From contig OZ219753.1 in the NCBI GenBank assembly GCA_964291315.2, positions 2,752,001 to 2,816,000 of the forward strand: a DNA stretch of 64,000 bases. The letters are read 5' to 3'. The stretch comes from Candidatus Poribacteria bacterium (lineage in GTDB: Bacteria; Poribacteria; WGA-4E; WGA-3G). Every line of letters starts with the position of its first letter. Position 1 is the first letter of the stretch. Below are positions 20,147-30,364 of this stretch, piece by piece. A program made the translations under genes and the position numbers. Below the pieces are notes generated by a model, which was not told where the DNA came from, made no database searches, and saw only the letters and a program-made list of their open reading frames with translations.

Positions 20147-21085
20147 GTGAAGAACAACGCAGCACCGAAAGTTGCGGTCGTTGGTAGTCTGAACATAGAT
20201 CTGGTCTGCTATGCAGCACGGTATCCTGAAAGAGGGGAAACGCTCATCGGCGATGCGTTCCATATTTTCACGGGTGGGAAAGGATTTAATCAGGCGACTG
20301 CTGCGGCGCGCCTGGGGGCTGATGTGGCGCTTGTCGGAAGTGTCGGCGTGGATACCTTCGGAGAGATGCTGCTCACAGCGACTGAAGACGAGCAGATTGA
20401 CAGCAGGTTTGTCAGAAAACGTGCCGATATTGGGACTGGTGTGGCGACGATCGTTGTAGAACCTGATGGTGACAATAGTATTATTGTAGTGCCGCGGGCG
20501 AACATGGCGCTAACGGTAGCAGACGTAGACGTTGCGGGGGATAGCATAGCGAACGCGGACGTGCTGCTTTTGCAGTTGGAAACGCCTATTGCAGCGTCTG
20601 AGCGTGCTGCAGCGATTGCGAAATCACACGGGACAACTGTGATATTAAATCCTGCACCTGCACAACCACTTCCTGATAGGCTATTGGCTTGTGTAGACAT
20701 TCTTACCCCGAACCAGTCTGAAACCCAATTACTGGCGCGGATGCAAGTAAGGAGTGATGAAGAGGCGTGCAATGCAGCATCGGTGTTACGTGCGCGTATG
20801 GCAGACACGGAAACATCTGCTGTCATCTTAACGCTTGGAGAACGCGGGGTCTTGATGTTAACAGCCACAACAACTGAAGTTGTTCCTGCACTCTCCGTTG
20901 AAGTTGTTGATACGACAGGTGCGGGTGATGCCTTTTGTGGGGCACTTGCAACGGCATTGGCGAGTGGTGAAACGCTGCATACAGCGGTTGCGTTTGCAAA
21001 CGCGGCAGGCGCAGCGGCGGTAACTGTTCCTGGGGCGACCCCCTCTATGCCGACACGCGCCGATGTCGAGCTTTTAATGTGCTAA
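20147..21085 (+). CDS. rbsK: Ribokinase
   Basis: GSLNIDL, GGKGFNQA, NPAPA, DTTGAGDAF (PfkB signatures). Confidence 0.92.
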   Translation: MKNNAAPKVAVVGSLNIDLVCYAARYPERGETLIGDAFHIFTGGKGFNQATAAARLGADVALVGSVGVDTFGEMLLTATEDEQIDSRFVRKRADIGTGVATIVVEPDGDNSIIVVPRANMALTVADVDVAGDSIANADVLLLQLETPIAASERAAAIAKSHGTTVILNPAPAQPLPDRLLACVDILTPNQSETQLLARMQVRSDEEACNAASVLRARMADTETSAVILTLGERGVLMLTATTTEVVPALSVEVVDTTGAGDAFCGALATALASGETLHTAVAFANAAGAAAVTVPGATPSMPTRADVELLMC

Positions 21086-21134
21086 TATCAAAAACTGTAT
21101 CTTTGAGAGCATCAAGATCTGAGGGAAATAGACG

Positions 21135-24083
21135 ATGAAAAAAATGAGAAAAAAGATCTTCATTCTTATTGTGTTAATCACATGCTTATGGGGCAATACA
21201 ATCGCGACACGAACATTTTCAGCGGAAAAATGGGAATCGAAGATGAAAAAAGACTTCGCCAAGGTGCTGCGAGAGAAGAAACGTCCCGCGGAGAAACACC
21301 GGGATTTCATTCGCAAATGGCAGAAGGAGGGACGCCTTTCTCCGCTCCTGACGTTGTATGAAACGGAAAAGGAAGATCGTGCCCCGTCTTCTGCGGTAAT
21401 CGAGGCAGCATTCTACTACGGTTTGGGCTATACACACGCGCTTCATGCCACGGAGATCGGTGAAACACTTGAGACTGCGATTACGTACTTAAAACATGCC
21501 GTTGAAATTGATCAGGATCTGTTCTGGGCACACTTCAACCTGGGTGGTATCTACGAGCAGCTGGAAGAGAACGAGTTAGCACTTAGCGAGTTTGGGATCT
21601 GTGTTCGTCTGAATCCGAACTACTATCCGACTCACTATCGCATCGGTGAGGTGCATTTGAAGCAGCAGAATTATCCGGAGGCACTCTACGCTTTTGACGC
21701 AGCGCGTCAGTTAAATCGAAAATGGGAATATCCACAGTACGGTATCGGTTTGGTGCGGTTTGCACAAGGCGAGTTGGACCGTGCACGAGAAACATTTGAA
21801 AATCTCACGCAACGGAAGAGCAAGTTTGCGCCTGCCTACTTCAAGTTGGGGCAGGTTCTTGCTGCTCAGGGTTTTTTCGACGATGCCTTGGAAGAATATG
21901 CTAAGGGCGCGCGCTATGAGCCTTACTCAGCGGAGGTTGTTTACGAACTCGCTGCTATCTTCGATGAAAAAGGTAACACAACAGGGGCTATTAAGTTGTA
22001 TGAACGCACGCTTGAAATTGAGCCGACACATGGACAGGCGCATCTATCGCTCGGAGATAACCTCTACGCCGTGGGCGACACAACAGGAGCTTTACAACAT
22101 TACCGAGAGGCGCTTTCCTTAATGCCGCATATTAAAGAGGATTTTTTTGAACCGCTTGACCCTTATTTTGCCGGATTAATGACAGTCGATGAAGCACTGC
22201 CTATTTTAGAGAAAGCGATGTTCGTTTTGCCCAATGATCCGCGTTCCTACTTTTACGCGGGTAACCTTGAGACTGATGCGGGGAACATCGAGAAAGCTAT
22301 TGAACATTACAAAAAGACTGTTCAAATTATTGAAGCGGATGCAAGTTATTTGCAAATAGAACTTCCTCTGGGAAGCTTAAACGACGTTTATTTTAAGCTC
22401 GGGGAACTCTATCACCGGCAAGGCGACATAGAAGAAGCAGTCTTCCACTTTAAACGCGCTTTGGCATTAGATCCGACGTTAGCAAATAGATTTATGTTAG
22501 AAGGGCAGGCGGCTTTCGATGCGGGGAACTACGCGGCTGCTATTGAGCCTCTAAATATGCATCTGCTGCTGTTTCCGAAGGATGTTACGGCCCTGTATCT
22601 GTTAGGACAAAGCTACGAGGCTAACGGCAATACAGAGACTGCTCTTATCTTTTATGAGCGTACGTTGGCGTTGGATTCGGAGCGCCCGGATGTGCTTTTT
22701 AAGATGGTTCACATCTATCGAGGACGCGAGGCGCACCAAGAGGTCGTTGAGGTTTTAGAGAAAGTTATTGAGATAGCCCCTGACACGACTGAAGCCCACT
22801 ATCTATTGGCTCTCTCCTATCTCACGTTGTCAGAAACTGATGCTGCCCTTTCTGCGTTTCTTGCGACGGTTCGGCTGGATCCGGATGATGTGGCGGCGCA
22901 CTACCACGCCGCAATTCTATTTGAAGGGCAAGGTAAAATAGATAAAGCCGTTGAGCACTATGAAAAAACAGTAGCGCTTGATACGACTTTACTCGAAAAC
23001 GCTGAAGGGCGCAGCTTGCAAAGTCCGTTGCCAAACGTCGAAGTAACCGCGGCGGAACCCTTTTTCCGTCTTGGGGCGATCTATCGTGGGCGCAATGACG
23101 AAGATAACATTATCCGCGTCTACCAACCAGCGTTGGAAATTGAGCCTGCACATCCGGAACTGCATCACCTGCTGGCGGTTATCTTTGAAGAACGGGGGGA
23201 TCGCGAGAATGCTATTCGCTACTACGGATTGGCGAATCATTACAATCCGGAAACCTTCGAGTGGCGCTACAGTTATGCCCGTCTACTTGATCAGCATGCA
23301 GAAACCTTGGGGGATAGTTATCACAAACATGCCGAGATGGCAGTTAAGGAATACACGGCTACGATTGCTTTGAATCCAAATTATGTGGAGGCTTACTTCT
23401 ACCGCGGTCTGCTCACACTCCGCTACAAGCAGATCGGCGATACACTCTATCGCTATAGCCAAATTTTGGAGGATTTCAGACAGGTCACAGAGCTGCAGCC
23501 GAGACATCGTGAGGCGAACTATCAGCTGGGTATTCTTTACCTTGAAATAGATCAGCACAAGCTTGCGAAAAGGCTTTTTGAAAACATGCGCTCTTACGCT
23601 CCCAAATATAGGGGTATCCACATGCATTTAGGAATAATTGCAGAATGGGAGCAGGCGTGGAGCGAGGCGGTTCAGTACTACGAAGCGGAAGTCAAACTAA
23701 TTGAGGAGCCGGCGAAGGAAGATGATGACATCGCTGCAAGGACCTATCAACGTCTCGGTAACCTTTACTATGCCCACACGCTGGATTATAATATGGCAAA
23801 AGAGACATTAGAAAAAGCACTGGCTTTGGATGAAACACATGTCCCGACGCTCCTCAACTATGCAAACAACCTCTTCAGTATGGATTTACTTGGGGCAGCA
23901 ACAGAACAATTTGAACGGGTGATACAGCTTGAACCGCGCAACTTAACGGCGAACTACAATCTCGCGCTGATGTATGAATATCGAGAAAAGTACCAACAGG
24001 CGAAAACGCAATGGAAACGTTTTCTCGAACTGAACCCGCCTGAGCAGTGGAAAATTGAGGCAGAGAAGCATTTAGGTCAATAA
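21135..24083 (+). CDS. Large tetratricopeptide repeat protein, probably secreted
   Basis: Signal-like N-terminus; many TPR units (AHFNLG, AYFKLG, ANYNLA) across 982 aa. Confidence 0.9.
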   Translation: MKKMRKKIFILIVLITCLWGNTIATRTFSAEKWESKMKKDFAKVLREKKRPAEKHRDFIRKWQKEGRLSPLLTLYETEKEDRAPSSAVIEAAFYYGLGYTHALHATEIGETLETAITYLKHAVEIDQDLFWAHFNLGGIYEQLEENELALSEFGICVRLNPNYYPTHYRIGEVHLKQQNYPEALYAFDAARQLNRKWEYPQYGIGLVRFAQGELDRARETFENLTQRKSKFAPAYFKLGQVLAAQGFFDDALEEYAKGARYEPYSAEVVYELAAIFDEKGNTTGAIKLYERTLEIEPTHGQAHLSLGDNLYAVGDTTGALQHYREALSLMPHIKEDFFEPLDPYFAGLMTVDEALPILEKAMFVLPNDPRSYFYAGNLETDAGNIEKAIEHYKKTVQIIEADASYLQIELPLGSLNDVYFKLGELYHRQGDIEEAVFHFKRALALDPTLANRFMLEGQAAFDAGNYAAAIEPLNMHLLLFPKDVTALYLLGQSYEANGNTETALIFYERTLALDSERPDVLFKMVHIYRGREAHQEVVEVLEKVIEIAPDTTEAHYLLALSYLTLSETDAALSAFLATVRLDPDDVAAHYHAAILFEGQGKIDKAVEHYEKTVALDTTLLENAEGRSLQSPLPNVEVTAAEPFFRLGAIYRGRNDEDNIIRVYQPALEIEPAHPELHHLLAVIFEERGDRENAIRYYGLANHYNPETFEWRYSYARLLDQHAETLGDSYHKHAEMAVKEYTATIALNPNYVEAYFYRGLLTLRYKQIGDTLYRYSQILEDFRQVTELQPRHREANYQLGILYLEIDQHKLAKRLFENMRSYAPKYRGIHMHLGIIAEWEQAWSEAVQYYEAEVKLIEEPAKEDDDIAARTYQRLGNLYYAHTLDYNMAKETLEKALALDETHVPTLLNYANNLFSMDLLGAATEQFERVIQLEPRNLTANYNLALMYEYREKYQQAKTQWKRFLELNPPEQWKIEAEKHLGQ

Positions 24084-24091
24084 ATAAGACC

Positions 24092-24814
24092 ATGGATACC
24101 AACCTGACACAGGAGGCACTTCAGACGGCGTTTATTGGGTGCAGGATTGAGCATTACCTGCAAGTTGCTTCTACGCATGATAATGCTATTGCGCGTGGAA
24201 AAGCTGGGGCAGCAGAGGGTACTCTTATCATTGCAGAGCATCAAACCGCTGGACGTGGTAGATACGGCAGGAGATGGGAGGCGCCATCAGGGAAAAGTCT
24301 CCTTGTATCTATTGTGTTCAGGCATCGGTTGCTGCGCGACCAAGTTGCGCTCCCCAATCTGATCGGAGCAATTGCAATTGCACAGGCAATTCGTGCGACA
24401 CATGGCCTTGATGCCTGTATTAAAGTGCCTAACGATGTCCGTATAGAGAGAAAAAAGGTGGCAGGTGTGCTTACAGAACTAGCCTATGATGTCCAGGATC
24501 AGTCCTTTTTCGTCTTAGGTTTTGGTGTGAATGTTAATAGCACTTTGGCGGATTTTCCATCTGAACTCAGTGAAACTGCGACCTCTGTGCGGATAGCTGC
24601 CGGTTGTGTAGGTAATCAGAATGCGTTAATCTGTCGAACCACACTGCTACGAAGCATACTCTGTCAATTGGAAAAGGTCTACCTGCAACTAAAGGCCGGT
24701 AAGATAGATTTAATCATGCAGCAATCTGAGGCATTACAGGAAACCGTACCAAATGAAAGTGCTTATGAGTGCTTGTCTTTTAGGGGTGCGCTGTCGATAC
24801 GACGGCGGTCATAG
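24092..24814 (+). CDS. birA: Biotin-[acetyl-CoA carboxylase] ligase, monofunctional
   Basis: AEHQTAGRGRYGRRW, KVPND, KKVAGVL, GFGVNVN; no HTH; C-terminal SH3-like domain apparently missing. Confidence 0.85.
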   Translation: MDTNLTQEALQTAFIGCRIEHYLQVASTHDNAIARGKAGAAEGTLIIAEHQTAGRGRYGRRWEAPSGKSLLVSIVFRHRLLRDQVALPNLIGAIAIAQAIRATHGLDACIKVPNDVRIERKKVAGVLTELAYDVQDQSFFVLGFGVNVNSTLADFPSELSETATSVRIAAGCVGNQNALICRTTLLRSILCQLEKVYLQLKAGKIDLIMQQSEALQETVPNESAYECLSFRGALSIRRRS

Positions 24815-25190
24815 TCGAAGCGAAACGGTGATGAGCTACGAGAAAGCGCATCGGTTAATTTCTGTCTGTCCAGAGCAAGCGGGCGGCTTGTCGACCCCCC
24901 GCCCGCCTGCGGAAATCGTTGGTGGTGACGGCGGTGCAGTCTTAGATGGCAAAGCAAAGGTTATGACTGTGGATGGCAGGGACGTAACAGAGGCATATTT
25001 GCGAGGCGCGTACCACACTTTAGCGGTTGCTCAATCGCAGGCGGTAACGCAGGTAATCCTCAAAGCGAGAAGTCCTGCCTGCGGTTGTGGGAACATCTAC
25101 GACGGCACTTTTTCGGGGACTCTCACGTCCGGTGACGGCGTGACTACTGCACTTCTGAAACGGCACGGTATCACCGTCACTTCTGTGTAG
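24753..25190 (+). CDS. DUF523 / 2-thiouracil desulfurase family protein
   Basis: SACLLGVRCRYDG, VCPEQAGGLSTPRPP, LKARSPACG. Confidence 0.9.
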   Translation: MKVLMSACLLGVRCRYDGGHSRSETVMSYEKAHRLISVCPEQAGGLSTPRPPAEIVGGDGGAVLDGKAKVMTVDGRDVTEAYLRGAYHTLAVAQSQAVTQVILKARSPACGCGNIYDGTFSGTLTSGDGVTTALLKRHGITVTSV

Positions 25191-25309
25191 TTCTGATGAG
25201 CGGAATTGGTTTGTAGCGCCCTCTAATAGTTTGGTGTACAACTTATACGGTTGACATGTGAAATGGTTCATTTAGTATGAATGAAGCGTTTAAGACTAAC
25301 CGGCGTTGT

Positions 25310-26101
25310 TCAAGAGACTAGACGGCGCACCTGCTCTCCAATATCGTGGCTTCGCATCAATGACTCACCGACAAGCATTGCGTGGACTCCTGCTTCTTGG
25401 AGCTTCGCAACGTCTTCCCGCGAGTAAATTCCACTTTCACTCACGACGATTTTGTCTGCCGGAATAGCTTCCTGCAGGCGGAAGGTTGTGGCGATGTCTG
25501 TATGAAAGGTGTGCAAGTCCCGGTTGTTTATACCGATCATTTGTGCATCGGCCTGCAATGCGATCGCCAATTCCTCTAGTGTATGTACCTCTACCAAAGC
25601 TGCCAAGGATAGCGAATTTGCGATCTCCATAAACTTCTGTAGCTGTGCCGGGGTCAATGCTGCGACAATCAGTAAGATTGCGTCTGCTCCGGCGGCACGC
25701 GCTTGATAGATATGATAGGGGTCAATCGTGAAATCTTTTCGCAGAAGCGGGAGATCAACGACGTTTCGAATTGTGCGTAGATGGTCGAGTTCGCCCGCGA
25801 AGAAACGTTTGTCTGTTAGGACAGAGATAGCAGCGGCGCCGTTTTCGCAGTAGGTTTTAGCGATGGATACTGGATGGAAATCTTCTCGAATGATGCCTTT
25901 ACTGGGCGATTTTTTCTTCACCTCTGCGATCAATTTGATGGGGGGATTTTTGGAGTGCGTGTTTTGGCCAACGAGCTGCCCCAGAAAGTCCCGCGTGGGT
26001 GGAAGGTTCTTGACTTCGGCCTTCAACTCCGTAAGGGGTACCTTCAATTGTTCAGCTGTTAGTTCCTTTTGTTTATGTGAGAGGATAGTGTCGAGTATCA
26101 A
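25310..26101 (-). CDS. trpC: Indole-3-glycerol phosphate synthase
   Basis: IAEVKKKSPSKG, LLRKDF, GINNRDL, VSESGI. Confidence 0.96.
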   Translation of the reverse strand: MILDTILSHKQKELTAEQLKVPLTELKAEVKNLPPTRDFLGQLVGQNTHSKNPPIKLIAEVKKKSPSKGIIREDFHPVSIAKTYCENGAAAISVLTDKRFFAGELDHLRTIRNVVDLPLLRKDFTIDPYHIYQARAAGADAILLIVAALTPAQLQKFMEIANSLSLAALVEVHTLEELAIALQADAQMIGINNRDLHTFHTDIATTFRLQEAIPADKIVVSESGIYSREDVAKLQEAGVHAMLVGESLMRSHDIGEQVRRLVS

Positions 26102-26105
26102 TCCA

Positions 26106-27167
26106 TCAACCTCTTTTTGTGACAGGTAAGTTATTTGAAAATGTTTTGAGTTTTTCTAACTTTGCGAGTGCCGCGCCTGAGTCGATGGATTCCGATGCAA
26201 GTTGGATACCGCCATCAAGACTACGGGCCTTGCCACTTGCAAGAATCGCTGCGCCAGCGTTTAGCACGACAATATTGCGTTTGGGGCCTTTTTCACCGTT
26301 TAGCATATCAACGATGATTTCAGCGTTTTCCTCGGGTGTGCCGCCCAATAGGTCCTGGTGTTCGGCTTTCGGAATTCCGAGCGTTGTGGGATCAAGCGTA
26401 TAGGTTTCGATGTTGCCGTTTCGGAGTTCCGAGACGCGTGTGGTGGTTGTCGTGGTGATGTCGTCTAAGCCGTCGTCGCCGCGCACAATAAAAGCGTGCT
26501 GGCACCCGAGGTTTTTCAGGGCATTTGCATGTGCCTCTGTTAGTTCTGGAGCATAGACTCCAATCACTTGTGCCTGTGGCCTCGCTGGATTGGTCAATGG
26601 TGCTATGGCATTGAAAATCGTACGGATTCCGATCTCTCGTCTTGGTCGGATGGCATGCTTCATGGCGCCGTGCAGGATTGGTGCAAAGAGAAAGCCGATG
26701 CCAACTTCGTTGATACAGTGTCCGACGTGTTCGGGATCGATTTCAATGTTCACGCCGAGTGCTGTTAGCACGTTTGCACTCCCGCTCTGTCGTGTCACGC
26801 CGCGGTTGCCGTGTTTTGCAACTGGTATGCCTGCTCCGGCAGTAACGATAGCAGAGGCGGTCGAAATGTTGAAGTGGTTTAAACCGGTGCCGCCGGTGCT
26901 ACATGTATCAACAAGTCGTGGGATTTGGGGCGTATCTTGTAAATCGGGCTTATGCCGTGTAGGGACAGGTGTAGCTTTGGCGCGCATTGCACGCGTTGCG
27001 CCTGTAAGTTCCTCTATTGTCTCCCCTTTGAGGCGTAGTGCGGTAAGAAAACAGGCGATCTGTGCATCTGTCGCCTTCCCTTCCATGATCTCGTTCATTG
27101 TTCCAACCATCTCTGCTTCGGTTAAGGCATTTCCTGCCATAACCTTCTGAATTGCTTCACGAATCAT
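26106..27167 (-). CDS. trpD: Anthranilate phosphoribosyltransferase
   Basis: DTCSTGG, FNISTAS, KHGNR, GIRTIFN; adjacent to trpC. Confidence 0.95.
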   Translation of the reverse strand: MIREAIQKVMAGNALTEAEMVGTMNEIMEGKATDAQIACFLTALRLKGETIEELTGATRAMRAKATPVPTRHKPDLQDTPQIPRLVDTCSTGGTGLNHFNISTASAIVTAGAGIPVAKHGNRGVTRQSGSANVLTALGVNIEIDPEHVGHCINEVGIGFLFAPILHGAMKHAIRPRREIGIRTIFNAIAPLTNPARPQAQVIGVYAPELTEAHANALKNLGCQHAFIVRGDDGLDDITTTTTTRVSELRNGNIETYTLDPTTLGIPKAEHQDLLGGTPEENAEIIVDMLNGEKGPKRNIVVLNAGAAILASGKARSLDGGIQLASESIDSGAALAKLEKLKTFSNNLPVTKRG

Positions 27168-27377
27168 GCAATGTCCCTCCTGAGAATATTGTATTTACAA
27201 TCATAGCAGATATCCGTAGGTTTTTCAAGTGCAACCGCTGAGTGCAACCTGCAGAAAATTTACTTTTGGCTCTATGCCTTAGCAGAAGGCGTGACACATC
27301 GCGTGACTCTCGTCAAAAAGGCAGGGATTGGGTATTCTCCGTGAAAAGGGCATCCATAGAGCAAAAGAATCTGTGTG

Positions 27378-29354
27378 CTAAAATAGAAATCGATACATCG
27401 GTTGATTCGTCGTAATTCCTATAATGCTCCATATACTGCCAATAATGAATTCACCTAAGATTAGGCCTAAGAAGAAGGGTATAAGTTTTCGGTGGGTGCT
27501 CACGCCGCCGTGGCGAAGGAGAATCCACTTAATAACGGAGCTCACCAAGATCGAGAACCAGAACACATTCATAGACCAGCTGCTGGAGATAGCGAACCCA
27601 GCTGGGTGAAAGGGCCACCAAAACAGTCGCATGCGCATGATCATTAAGAAACCGGTTATGAGGAAGCCGATACACATTGCAACGATTGCTGGAATATTTG
27701 GGTCTCTGGGTGAAGTCAACCAGCTCTGGAGGCGATTGAAAGGTCTGCCTGCGAACCAGTCTTGTGCGCCTTCAATGTAAGAGATATGGTAGAATGCCCA
27801 AAACGAAGTGAACGTTCCGACAACAATTGCAATGCACATTGCAATCAGGAGCCGGCGGTTGGAAATCTGTGTGCGTTCTGCCAATTTAAACCCCTCTAGG
27901 ATATGTGGCATCGGGTGTCCTCGATAGGCGCGGTTGAAGAAGAAGAGGTACGCCATTATTGTCAAGTTGCGTGGCCCGAGGGATCGCGTGCCAAAAATCT
28001 GGGGCATCATCTCATCGGGTCCAATGAAGTGCAGGTCGTGGACGGGTGAACCGAGTTCTGCTCGCATGCGAGTCACTGCTGTGGAGATAGCGTAATAGAT
28101 ACCGAAGAACACGAGTATTACCCAGACAGACATACCGGCTGTTTTGCAGAACCCGATGATGAAAACAGTGCTTGCGATGAGTGCGACTATTGTTGCCCGG
28201 TAGGACATCGGTTCGTCTGAGTCGTGGATACTCTGGTCATTTTTGAATAGCTTTTGTCCGACTTGTGTGAGGTGTTTTCGCGTGGCTATAATTGCGATCA
28301 TAAATAGGCCGAGGTAGGCGCCGAAGGATTGCTCATCGGTAAAAGGGAAGTTGGGTACGCCGTGCACCCCCAAAGCATCTCCAAAGATGCGTTCTGCTTT
28401 CCAGAAAAGATAGAAGAACCAGCAGGAGAAGGATAAATCGAGCGGGATAAAGAAGGCCATCCCGACAGCGAACGGAAAGACTGCGATTGGTGTCCAGCCG
28501 ATTGCGCTCCACGGTTTCTGTGTGAAGAATGGGCGTATATCGTAGAGTCTGCCTCCCAGGCTGGGTACGTTTGGATAGAGATGGTGTAGCCCATTGAGGA
28601 TATCAATTGCTCCTGCAATGCCGAAACCAAGCCACATCATTTTATTTGTGAGCAGATTTGTTCGGTTTCCGGTGTTTGTCAATTCAAGTGGCAATTGGAT
28701 GATAGGGTAGCTGAGTTTCTCATGTTCTGTCCACTGTTTGCGGACGAGGGTATTGATGCAAACCATCAAAAACACCATGATGCATAAGAAAGAGCCCCAG
28801 ACGAGCGTTGTGGTTAGCCATCCTTCGAGGGTTTCCCATTGGTAGAGAGTTGTTTCGCCCCGATAATAATCGGTCAGAAATCCCCGATCTTTCACAGCTA
28901 TCCAATCTGGTATGTACTGATGGAATAGGTGTGCCCAGTCGTTTTCTGGGGTTGCGTACCAGAAGGCGTAGGGGATCATTGGGATTAGGACGCGGAGTAT
29001 ATCGTGTCCTGCCAGTGAGGAGGCGATTGCCAACATGACGTAGACCGTCAGCAATTCGCCTTGTTGGAGCGCTATCTTGGGCGCGGTTCGGGTGAAGAAA
29101 AGATTGACACCGGTGATCGCAAATATGCAGAAAATGACGTTAAAGTAGAGGGAGATCGTGGTTGGGTAACCTTGCCCGGCCGAGTCCACAATCCAGTACA
29201 TGTTGGGGATGATGAGGACGGTTCCGAGCAAGATTGCTCGCCATGAGGTGCCAAGTCTTGCGCTATTGAAGCGTGAAGCTTGGTTTTGCCGGACGTTTCG
29301 GCTGTTTTGTTTGGATAGTTCTCTATGAGGTTGTGAAGTCAATTGGCTACTCAA
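27378..29354 (-). CDS. DUF6785/DUF6784-type polytopic membrane protein (putative transporter)
   Basis: GELLTVY, RKQWTEHEKLSYPI, RMRAELG, WWPFHPAG, PFFLGLILGE; many TMs; TTG start. Confidence 0.75.
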   Translation of the reverse strand: MSSQLTSQPHRELSKQNSRNVRQNQASRFNSARLGTSWRAILLGTVLIIPNMYWIVDSAGQGYPTTISLYFNVIFCIFAITGVNLFFTRTAPKIALQQGELLTVYVMLAIASSLAGHDILRVLIPMIPYAFWYATPENDWAHLFHQYIPDWIAVKDRGFLTDYYRGETTLYQWETLEGWLTTTLVWGSFLCIMVFLMVCINTLVRKQWTEHEKLSYPIIQLPLELTNTGNRTNLLTNKMMWLGFGIAGAIDILNGLHHLYPNVPSLGGRLYDIRPFFTQKPWSAIGWTPIAVFPFAVGMAFFIPLDLSFSCWFFYLFWKAERIFGDALGVHGVPNFPFTDEQSFGAYLGLFMIAIIATRKHLTQVGQKLFKNDQSIHDSDEPMSYRATIVALIASTVFIIGFCKTAGMSVWVILVFFGIYYAISTAVTRMRAELGSPVHDLHFIGPDEMMPQIFGTRSLGPRNLTIMAYLFFFNRAYRGHPMPHILEGFKLAERTQISNRRLLIAMCIAIVVGTFTSFWAFYHISYIEGAQDWFAGRPFNRLQSWLTSPRDPNIPAIVAMCIGFLITGFLMIMRMRLFWWPFHPAGFAISSSWSMNVFWFSILVSSVIKWILLRHGGVSTHRKLIPFFLGLILGEFIIGSIWSIIGITTNQPMYRFLF

Positions 29355-29501
29355 ATATTATTTTGATTTTTCTTTGTATATCCCGTATAATGTATAGGAT
29401 ACTTAGGATATTGATTCCAGGGTTGAGACTTGTTTCGGCACAGCTTGTCGGCCGAAAATTGGTATGCAAAAGTCAGTATGACTTAAAAGAGGATGAACTG
29501 T

Positions 29502-30338
29502 ATGGATACTACAACTGACGCTGCCCAGGCAGCGGTCTTTACAACAGAACATAAGGAATTTATTGAAAATAACGGTTATCTGCTGATTAAAAATGCGCTG
29601 CCTCGCGATGTCGTCACAGAAATTGATGCTGCCGTTGACGAGGTGTATGCCAAAGAGGAATCCGCCGGTCGCCTTGAGGCGGGCGGGAAGTTGAATCTTC
29701 GTAACTGCATTGTACATCATGAGGCATTTCTGCAACTGCTCGATTGGCAGAAGACAGTGCCGTTTGCCTATGGGGTGCTGAATTGGAATGTTCAGATGAT
29801 CACGTCGCATCTGATTGTTTTGCCCTCTAAAGAAAAACCGCCTGATGACGTAAAGAACCGTATTGGTTTGCATCGTGATGGTGGCACGTCGTATCGTGAG
29901 ATGCAGGAGCCTCATCCGCGGATCATGCTCAAGATCGCCTATGCGATCAGCGACCAATCTGATCCTGCTTCCGGTGCAACCGTTGTTGTGCCTGGGAGCA
30001 ACCGGTTAACGGGCAGGCCGCCTATTGATCCAGAGACAGGATGGGCGCGCGGTGCAATCTCTATGAACATCGATGCTGGCGATGCCTTCCTTTTTGAGCA
30101 GCGTACCTGGCATGGCATCGGACACAATTGGTCTGGTATGCCGCGTAAGACCATCTTTATGGGATATGCCTACCGTTGGGTGAAACCGATGGATTATATC
30201 GCGATGCCCAATGAGCTAGTGGCTAAGTGCAATCCGATCCAGAGGCAGCTTGTCGGGGTTGTCAGCGACCCGCTTAGCTACTATCTGCCGCAAGAGCAAG
30301 ACGTACCGCTAAAGGCGTTGCTCGATTCGGAGGCTTAG
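29502..30338 (+). CDS. Phytanoyl-CoA dioxygenase (PhyH) family Fe(II)/2OG enzyme
   Basis: LHRDG (HxD), VVPGSN, AGDAFLF..RTWHG. Confidence 0.88.
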   Translation: MDTTTDAAQAAVFTTEHKEFIENNGYLLIKNALPRDVVTEIDAAVDEVYAKEESAGRLEAGGKLNLRNCIVHHEAFLQLLDWQKTVPFAYGVLNWNVQMITSHLIVLPSKEKPPDDVKNRIGLHRDGGTSYREMQEPHPRIMLKIAYAISDQSDPASGATVVVPGSNRLTGRPPIDPETGWARGAISMNIDAGDAFLFEQRTWHGIGHNWSGMPRKTIFMGYAYRWVKPMDYIAMPNELVAKCNPIQRQLVGVVSDPLSYYLPQEQDVPLKALLDSEA

Positions 30339-30364
30339 TTAATGGGTTTTATATTGCTTAGTTC

